Below are positions 56,670 to 64,000 of a stretch of DNA of 64,000 bases, in pieces; the first letter of the stretch is position 1, and each line of letters opens with the position of its first letter. Origin of the DNA: Squalus acanthias. Its lineage: Eukaryota. The notes under the pieces were generated by a model. The model saw only the letters and a program-made list of their open reading frames with translations, did not search any database and was not told the DNA's origin. The stretch lies in contig JASTWF010000088.1 in the NCBI GenBank assembly GCA_030390025.1, positions 1,178,001 to 1,242,000 of the forward strand. Direction: 5' to 3'. Made by a program: the position numbers and the translations under genes.

Positions 56670-58210
56670 TGTAAACAGTAAGCGGGTAGTAAGAGGCGGG
56701 GTGGGGCCTATTACAGACAAAGAAGGTGATATATGCTTCGAGGTGCAGGGCAAGGCTCAAATACTCAATGAGTACTTTGTATCGGTGTTTACTAAGGAGA
56801 TGGATGCTGACAAAATATCGGTAAAAGTGGAAAAGGTAGAAGCAGTGGAAGGGGTGAAAATTGATAGACAGGATGTACTAGAAAGGCTGGGTATGCTTAG
56901 AGTGGACAAGTCGCCTGGTCCAGATGGCTTGCATCCCAGGTTGCTAAGGGAATTGGGGGAGGAGATAGCATTAGGGCTTGCCATAATTTTCCAATCTTCC
57001 CTAGATGCGGGGGAGGTGCCTGAGAATTGGAAAGTGGCAAATGTGACACCATTGTTCAAGAAAGGGTGTAAGGACAGTCCTAGTAACTACAGGCCGGTCA
57101 GTTTAACATCAGTGGTGGGTAAAGTTTTAGAAACAATAATCAAGGAAAAAATTAAAGGGCACTTGGAGAGGTTTAAGCTGATTAAGGAGAGCCAACACAG
57201 GTTTGAAAAAGGCAGGTCGTGTTTGACTAATCTAATTGAATTTTTTGATGAAGTAACAGGGAGGATTGATGAAGGGAATGCAGTGAATGTTGTCTACATG
57301 GATTTTCGGAAGGCGTTTGACAAAGTACCACATAGAAGGCTGGTTAACAAAATTGAGGTTCATGGAATAGGTGGGTCAGTGGCAGCTTGGATAAGGAATT
57401 GGCTTAAGGACAGAAAATAGCGAGTTGTGGTAAGTGGCTGTATTTCAAACTGGAGGATGGTAGACAGTGGTGTTCCCCAAGGGTCAGTGCTGGGGCCATT
57501 GCTTTTTTTGAGATATATAAATGACCTGGATATTGGAATACAGAGTAGAATTTCTAAATTTGCCGATGACACCAAACTTGGGGGTGTGGCAAACAGTGAG
57601 GATGATACCAATCGACTGCAACAAGACATAGAAAGGCTAGCAGAATGGGCAGACAAGTGGCAGATGGAATTTAATACAGACAAGTGTGAAGTGATGCATT
57701 TTGGCAGAAGGAACAGGGAGAGGCAATATACACTTAATGGCACAGTTTTAAAGAGTGTGCAGGGACAGAGGGATCTGGGAGTTAATGTACATAGGTCCCT
57801 GAAGGTGGCAGGACATATTTAGAGTGGTTAGCAAAGCATATGGGATCTTAGGCTTCATAAATAGAGGTATTGAGTACAAAAGTAGAGAAGTTATGCTGAA
57901 CCTTTATAAAGCGCTGGTTAGGCCACAACTGGAGTATTGCATCCAGTTCTGATCACCACACATTAGGAAGGATGTGAAGGCCCTTGAGAGGGTGCAGAGG
58001 AGATTTACCAGAATGGTTCCAGGGATGGGGGATCTTAGCTACAAGGTCAGGTTGGAGAAGCTGGATTTGTTTTCATTAGAGCAAAGGAGGTTGAGGGGTG
58101 ATTTGATGGAGGTATACAAGATTATGACGGGTTTGGATAGGCTAGACGGGGAAAGGCTGTTCCCACTAGTTGATGGTACAAGGACTAGGACTAGGGGATA
58201 CAGATTTAAG
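56670..58210 (+). mobile_element. CR1 LINE element C, ORF2 (RT) fragment, truncated at both ends and decayed
   Basis: Translations include VGPI, YFVSVFT, KSPGPDGLHPRLL, NYRPVSLTS, DFRKAFDKVPH, GVPQGSVLGP, FADDTKL and RRLRGDLMEVYKI. There is a premature TAG at 57418-57420 and a frameshift near 57820. Confidence 0.92.
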
Positions 58211-58224
58211 ACAGGTACCTCTAC

Positions 58225-58393
58225 CTAACCTAAGGGGTGTGACTGCCTCCTGGATCAACTAGCTCTCCCCATCCCTGATACCCCACAATGTCTGCACCTC
58301 AGACTCCAGCTCAAAAACTCTGAGCTGAAGTTTCTTAAGATGCAGGCACCTACTGCAAACGTGGTTGTCCGAGATCACAATGCTCCCCACATG
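58225..58393 (-). mobile_element. CR1 LINE ORF1 N-terminal fragment (zinc-finger/leucine-zipper region)
   Basis: The manual reverse-complement translation ...DNHVCSRCLHLKKLQLRVFELESEVQTLWGIRDGES matches the CxxC plus heptad-leucine pattern of CR1 ORF1. Confidence 0.65.
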
Positions 58394-58483
58394 GGATGGG
58401 CTATGTGTGTTATATTCACTGCCCAGGTTTGGTGGGGTCTCAGTGAGACAGGATTTGATTGGCTGTGTGGGTTTGATTGACAG

Positions 58484-58756
58484 GGATCCACACGTTCCAG
58501 GTGATGTACGGCTGTGAGCTGCGGGATGACGGCTCCACCGCCGGGTTCTATCAACGTGGCTGGGATGGGAAGGACCTGATCAGCTTTGACAAGGAGCGGC
58601 TGGTGTGGGTCACCCCGGTAACATGGGCAGAGGACTCCAAGCGCAAGTGGGACCAGGACAGTGCCGGACTCCAGCAGGACAAGGGTTACCTGGAGCAGGA
58701 GTGCATCGATTGGCTGAAGAAATACCTGAGGGCTGGAGAGAGAGAACTGAAACCCG
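58484..58756 (+). CDS. MHC class I alpha2 domain exon (exon 3), 273 bp
   Basis: Boundaries are gacAG|GG and CCC G|GTGAGT. Translation: GIHTFQVMYGCELRDDGSTAGFYQRGWDGKDLISFDKERLVWVTPVTWAEDSKRKWDQDSAGLQQDKGYLEQECIDWLKKYLRAGERELKP. The C101-C164 pair, K146, W147, Y159, W167 and Y171 are conserved. Confidence 0.96.
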
Positions 58757-58764
58757 GTGAGTGT

Positions 58765-61700
58765 GAGTGAGAGGGGAGAGAGAGAGAGTGGAGAGAGTGA
58801 GGGGGGACTGAGAGTGGGTGAGTGAGGGGGGACTGAGAGTGGGTGAGTGAGGGGGGACTGAGAGTGGGTGAGTGAGGGGGACTGAGAGTGGGTGAGTGAG
58901 GGGGGACTGAGAGTGGGTGAGTGAGGGGGGGACTGAGAGTGAGGGGGGGACTGAGAGTGGGTGAGTGAGGGGGTACTGAGAGTGGGTGAGTGAGGGGGGA
59001 CTGAGAGTGAGGGGGGACTGAGAGTGGGTGAGTGAGGGGGGACTGAGAGTGGGTGAGTGAGGGGGGACTGAGAGTGGGTGAGTGAGGGGGGACTGAGAGT
59101 GGGTGAGTGAGGGGGGACTGAGAGTGAGGGGGGACTGAGAGTGGGTGAGTGAGGGGGGACTGAGAGTGGGTGAGTGAGGGGGGACTGAGAGTGGGTGAGT
59201 GAGGGGGGACTGAGAGTGGGTGAGTGAGGGGGGACTGAGAGTGGGTGAGTGAGGGGGGACTGAGAGTGGGTGAGGGGGACTGAGAGTGGGTGAGTGAGGG
59301 GGGACTGAGAGTGGGTGAGTGAGGGGGGACTGAGAGTGAGGGGGGACTGAGAGTGGGTGAGTGAGGGGGGACTGAGAGTGGGTGAGTGAGGGGGGACTGA
59401 GAGTGGGTGAGTGAGGGGGGACTGAGAGTGGGTGAGTGAGGGGGGACTGAGAGTGGGTGAGTGAGGGGGGACTGAGAGTGGGTGAGGGGGACTGAGAGTG
59501 GGTGAGTGAGGGGGGACTGAGAGTGGGTGAGTGAGGGGGGACTGAGAGTGGGTGAGGGGGGACTGAGAGTGGGTGAGGGGGGACTGAGAGTGGGTGAGGG
59601 GGGACTGAGAGTGGGTGAGGGGGACTGAGAGTGGGTGAGTGAGGGGGGACTGAGAGTGGGTGAGTGAGGGAGGACTGAGAGTGGGTGAGTGAGGGGGGAC
59701 TGAGAGTGGGTGAGTGAGGGGGGACTGAGAGTGGGTGAGTGAGGGGGGACTGAGAGTGAGTGAGTGAGGGGGGACAGAGAGTGGGTGAGTGAAGGGGGAC
59801 TGAGAGTGGGTGAGTGAGGGGGGACTGAGAGTGGGTGAGTGATTGGGGGAGTGCGGGGGGACTGAGAGTGGGTGAGTGAGTGGGTGAGTGAGGGGGGACT
59901 GAGAGTGGGTGAGTGAGGGGGGACTGAGAGTGGGTGAGTGAGGGGGGACTGAGAGTGAGTGAGTGAGGGGGGACAGAGAGTGGGTGAGTGAAGGGGGACT
60001 GAGAGTGGGTGAGTGAGGGGGGACTGAGAGTGGGTGAGTGATTGGGGGAGTGCGGGGGGACTGAGAGTGGGTGAGTGAGTGGGGGAGTGAGGGGGGACTG
60101 AGAGTGGGTGAGTGAGGGGGGACTGAGAGTGAGTGAGTGAGGGGGGACAGAGAGTGGGTGAGTGAAGGGGGACTGAGAGTGGGTGAGTGAGGGGGGACTG
60201 AGAGTGGGTGAGTGATTGGGGGAGTGCGGGGGGACTGAGAGTGGGTGAGTGAGTGGGTGAGTGAGGGGGGACTGAGAGTGGGTGAGTGAGGGGGGACTGA
60301 GAGTGGGTGAGTGAGGGGGGACTGAGAGTGAGTGAGTGAGGGGGGACAGAGAGTGGGTGAGTGAAGGGGGACTGAGAGTGGGTGAGTGAGGGGGGACTGA
60401 GAGTGGGTGAGTGATTGGGGGAGTGCGGGGGGACTGAGAGTGGGTGAGTGAGTGGGGGAGTGAGGGGGGACTGAGAGTGGGTGAGTGAGGGGGGACTGAG
60501 AGTGAGTGAGTGAGGGGGGACAGAGAGTGGGTGAGTGAAGGGGGACTGAGAGTGGGTGAGTGAGGGGGGACTGAGAGTGGGTGAGTGATTGGGGGAGTGC
60601 GGGGGGACTGAGAGTGGGTGAGTGAGGGGGGACTGAGAGTGAGTGAGTGAGGGGGGACAGAGAGTGGGTGAGTGAAGGGGGACTGAGAGTGGGTGAGTGA
60701 GGGGGGACTGAGAGTGGGTGAGTGATTGGGGGAGTGCGGGGGGACTGAGAGTGGGTGAGTGAGTGGGGGAGTGAGGGGGGACTGAGAGTGGGTGAGTGAG
60801 GGGGGACTGAGAGTCGGTGAGTGAGGGGGACTGAGAGTGGGTGAGTGAGGGGACAGAGTGGGTGAGTGAGGGGGGACTGAGAGTGGGTGAGTGAGGGGGG
60901 GACTGAGAGTGGGTGAGTGAGGGGGGGACTGAGAGTGGGTGAGTGAGGGGGGACTGAGAGTGGGTGAGTGAGGGGGGGACTGAGTGGGTGAGTGAGGGGG
61001 GACTGAGCGTGGGTGAGTGAGGGGGGACTGAGCGTGGGTGAGTGAGGGGGGACTGAGAGTGGGTGAGTGAGGGGGGACTGAGAGTGGGTGAGTGAGGGGG
61101 GACTGAGTGGGTGTGTGAGGGGGGACTGAGTGGGTGTGTGAGGGGGGACTGAGTGGGTGAGTGAGGGGGGACTGAGAGTGGGTGAGTGAGGGGGGACTGT
61201 GAGTGAGGGGGGACTGAAAGTGAGGGGGGACTGAGAGTGAGGGGGGACTGAGAGTGAGTGAGTGAGGGGGGACTGAGAGTGAGTGAGTGAGGGGGGACTG
61301 AGAGTGGGTGAGTGAGGGGGACTGAGAGTGGGTGAGTGAGGGGGGACTGAGAGTGAGGGGGGACTGAGAGTGGGTGAGTGAGGGGGGACTGAGAGTGGGT
61401 GAGTGAGGGGGACTGAGAGTGGGTGAGTGAGGGGGGACTGAGAGTGAGGGGGGACTGAGAGTGGGTGAGTGAGGGGGGACTGAGAGTGGGTGAGTGAGGG
61501 GGGACTGAGAGTGGGTGAGTGAGGGGGGACTGAGAGTGAGTGAGTGAGGGGGGACTGAGAGTGGGTGAGTGAGGGGGGGATTGAGAGTCGGTGAGTGAGG
61601 GGGGACTGAGAGTGAGTGAGTGAGGGGGGACTGAGAGTGGGTGAGTGAGGGGGGACTGAGAGTGGGTGAGTGAGGGGGGACTGAGAGTGAGGGGGGACTG

Positions 61701-62113
61701 AGAGTCGGTGAGTGAGGGGGGACTGAGAGTGAGTGAGTGAGGGGGGACTGAGAGTGGGTGAGTGAGGGGGGGATTGAGAGTCGGTGAGTGAGGGGGGACT
61801 GAGAGTGAGTGAGGGGGGACTGAGAGTGGGTGAGTGAGGGGGACTGAGAGTGGGTGAGTGAGGGGGGACTGAGAGTGAGGGGGGACTGAGAGTGGGTGAG
61901 TGAGGGGGGACTGAGAGTGGGTGAGTGAGGGGGGACTGGGAGTGGGTGAGTGAGGGGGGACTGAGAGTGGGTGAGTGAGGGGGGACTGAGAGTTGGTGAG
62001 TGAGGGGGGACTGAGAGTGGGTGAGTGAGGGGGGACTGAGAGTGGGTGAGTGAGGGGGGACTGAGAGTGAGGGGGGACTGAGAGTTGGTGAGTGAGGGGG
62101 GGATTGAGAGTCG
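58765..62113 (+). repeat. Intron-3 purine/G-rich minisatellite, 25-bp unit GAGAGTGGGTGAGTGAGGGGGGACT (17- and 21-bp deletion variants), about 135 copies
   Basis: The unit is read directly. The array begins immediately after the exon-3 donor and fills ~3.35 kb of the 3.58-kb intron. Confidence 0.97.
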
Positions 62114-62119
62114 GCTTTG

Positions 62120-62295
62120 TAATCCCCAGTTTAAAGGGGGATGTACTGTTCCCCGGGGTCGGATTCTAATCCCCAGATTAAAGGGGTATGTACCGTTCCC
62201 CGGGGTCAGGGTCTAATCCCCAGTTTAAAGGGGTATGTACTGTTCCCCGGGGTCAGGGTCTAATCCCAAGTTTAAAGGGGGATGTACTGTTCCCG
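62120..62295 (+). repeat. 47-bp tandem repeat, ~3.7 copies (TAATCCCCAGTTTAAAGGGGTATGTACTGTTCCCCGGGGTCAGGGTC)
   Basis: TAATCCC starts at 62120, 62167, 62214 and 62261. The repeat ends ~40 bp before the alpha3 acceptor. Confidence 0.9.
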
Positions 62296-62335
62296 TCTCT
62301 CACTGACTTGACTCTGATCTGCTTTATTCTCTCAG

Positions 62336-62609
62336 TTGCTCCTCGAGTGTTTCCTTCTGTGAACAAGGCCTCTAATATTAGACTGACCGAACTCTCCTGC
62401 CTCGTCACGGGCTTTTACCCTCGCGATATTGAAGTCACCCTCCTGAGAAATGGCCAGCCGATCACGGACACGGAATCCACTGGCATCCTGCCCAACCACG
62501 ATGGCACCTACCAGCTCACGAGATGGGCTCAGATCGCGAGATGATGGAGCCACCTACTCCTGTCGGTATGATCAGGGCGACAAAGCAGGACCGGAGATCC
62601 GAGACTGGG
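62336..62609 (+). CDS. MHC class I alpha3 (C1-set Ig) exon (exon 4), 274 bp, frameshifted near 62539
   Basis: Boundaries are ctcAG|TT and TGG G|GTAAGA. Frame 1 gives VAPRVFPSVNKASNIRLTELSCLVTGFYPRDIEVTLLRNGQPITDTESTGILPNHDGTYQLTRWAQIAR*. The Ig sequence continues in another frame as DDGATYSCRYDQGDKAGPEIRDW. Confidence 0.9.
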
Positions 62610-62654
62610 GTAAGAGGAACAGCGACTGCAGGGGCAGTGTCTGTCAGTGGGTCT

Positions 62655-63245
62655 AATCACTTCTCCTCATTCTGCCTTCCAAAATCAGTCACTTCACACT
62701 TCTCTGCATTAAACTTCATCTGCCATGTGCCTGCCCATTTCCCCAATCTGTCTGTCCTCCTGAAGTCTGTTGGTATCCTCCTCATTGTTTACTGCATTTC
62801 CGAGTTTCGTGTCATCTGCAGACTTTGAAATAATCCCCTGTATTCCCAAGTCCAGTTCATTAATCTATATCAAAGGGCAGTGGTTTCAATACCGACCCCT
62901 GGGGGGTTACCACTCTATACTGCTTATAGTCTGAGAAACAACCGTTCACCATTACTCTCTGCTTTCTGTCTCTTAGCCAATTTCCTATCCGCGCAGCCAC
63001 TGCCCTTTAATCCCATGGGCTTTAATTTTACTAGCGAGTCAATTATGTGGCACTTTATCAAATGCCTTTTGAAAGTCCACATACACAACATCAACCGCAC
63101 TACCCTCATCAGCCCTCTCCGTTACTTCATCAAAGAACTCAGTCAAGTTTGTCAGACACGATTTACCTTTAACAAATCCGTGCTGGCTGTCAATTTATTA
63201 ACCCATGTTTTTCCAAGTGACAATTAATTTTGTCCTGGATTATTA
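62655..63245 (-). mobile_element. Decayed CR1 LINE RT fragment (intron 4)
   Basis: The minus strand reads AVDVVYVDFQKAFDKVPH, a GVxPQGSV-like motif and ISKSADD (degenerate FADD), with multiple frameshifts. Confidence 0.85.
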
Positions 63246-63249
63246 CAAC

Positions 63250-64000
63250 ATTAGCAAGAGAGGATATAGGTAAGGGAAAGCAATCAGCAGAGACTGCGGT
63301 TAGAATTGAGGAATAAGAGAGGACATTAAACTGTAATGGGAGTTGTCCACAGGCCTCCTGATAACAGCAGAATGTATGGATTCAGAGATTAGAGAGGCTT
63401 GCAGCAACAGCAGAGTTATTTAATGGGAGACTTTCATTTTCATAGATTGGGAAGAGGAAGAGCAGAAAGATCGTGAATTTCTTGTCCATTCGAGAGTTTT
63501 TGGGAGCAATATGTTCTCGACCCAACAAGAGGGCGGGCCATCCGAGATTTAGTAATGAGTCAGAGTAGTTAATCTAACAGTAAGGGAACATTTATCTAAC
63601 AGTGACCATAATACAGTCAAATTCAATGTTGGGTCTGAAAAGGAGAAACGTAACACAGTTACTAAGATTCTAGATTTTGGTACGGCTAACTTTAACAGGA
63701 TGAGACAGAGACTGACGACAGCAAACTGGTCAAAACTGTTAGTGGGCAAAACTACAGATGAACAGTGGGAGGCGTTGAAGAAAGAATTCAGCGTGATACA
63801 GGACCAGTATATACTCCTAATGGACAAGAGCTCTACTTACCAAATAAAACAGCCATGGTCGACAGAGGGGAGATAACAAGGAAAGAGCATACAAAAGTGC
63901 AAAGAATAGTGTGGATTCAGCGGACTGGGAGAGAGATAAAGAACAGCAAAGGAAGACAAAGAAGATAGTAAGAGCTGCAAACAGGAATATGAAAAGAACC
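63250..64000 (+). mobile_element. Decayed CR1 LINE ORF2 N-terminal (APE endonuclease) fragment, continuing beyond the window
   Basis: Plus-strand remnants of GVVHRPP, MGDF, QYVLDPTRG and SDHNTVKF, typical of the CR1 endonuclease, are heavily interrupted. Confidence 0.8.

Larger units (their letters stand above)
52937..62609 (+). pseudogene. MHC class I heavy chain gene, shark-type (UAA/UBA-related; lineage not resolved). Exons alpha1-alpha3 are present and alpha3 is frameshifted, so this is a probable pseudogene or null allele. Leader and TM/cytoplasmic exons lie outside the window or are absent
   Basis: Three phase-1 exons encode GSHSLRYFY...YVDD..FVQYDSD...PEYWE...RTNQT, GIHTFQVMYGC...WDGKD...KRKW...YLEQECIDWLKKYL and a C1-set Ig domain (LSCLVTGFYPRDI...PNHDGTYQ...YSC). 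The alpha3 exon is 274 bp (not 3n), with an in-frame TGA at 62542-62544. Confidence 0.8.

Noticed and set aside
54099-58210. Active or autonomous LINE, or a host reverse transcriptase gene
   Set aside because: All copies are truncated and carry stops, frameshifts or deletions. The 300-aa and 239-aa ORFs are partial RT remnants.
55696-58210. Single CR1 insertion with a twin-priming 5' inversion
   Set aside because: The minus and plus pieces cover the same RT region and differ substantially in sequence, so they are independent insertions.
52937-62609. MHC class II, CD1 or a specific gene symbol (UAA/UBA)
   Set aside because: The three-domain layout and the retained peptide-terminus residues indicate class I. 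The lineage cannot be fixed without a phylogeny, so no symbol is given.
62610-64000. TM/cytoplasmic exons of the class I gene
   Set aside because: The region is accounted for by CR1 remnants, and no acceptor-bounded hydrophobic TM exon was seen.

Overview
This is vertebrate genomic DNA, almost certainly from a cartilaginous fish (shark-type MHC and CR1 sequences). Bases 1 to ~52,850 are one uninterrupted G/T-rich tandem array of a 32/37/42-bp unit (GTTGGGGTTGATTTCCAGGGGCTCTGT(GTTGT)1-3), roughly 1,500 copies, running off the left edge. The array stops ~90 bp before the alpha1 exon of a + strand MHC class I heavy-chain gene. Its alpha1 (52937-53194), alpha2 (58484-58756) and alpha3 (62336-62609) exons all have canonical phase-1 AG/GT boundaries. 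The alpha3 exon is frameshifted just before its second Cys, so the gene is a probable pseudogene or null allele unless this is an assembly error. No leader, TM or cytoplasmic exons are in the window. Introns 2 and 3 carry their own minisatellites, and introns 2 and 4 carry decayed CR1 LINE fragments (one nested insertion in intron 2). The most striking pattern is that the two largest arrays look like amplified copies of the neighbouring splice sites: the upstream array repeats an acceptor-like TTGATTTCCAG|G, and the 3.3-kb intron-3 array repeats the donor G|GTGAGT. The right half of the giant array shows clear nested higher-order duplications, whereas the left ~28 kb looks like a lower-quality or collapsed consensus. 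The ORFs predicted inside the arrays are repeat artefacts.
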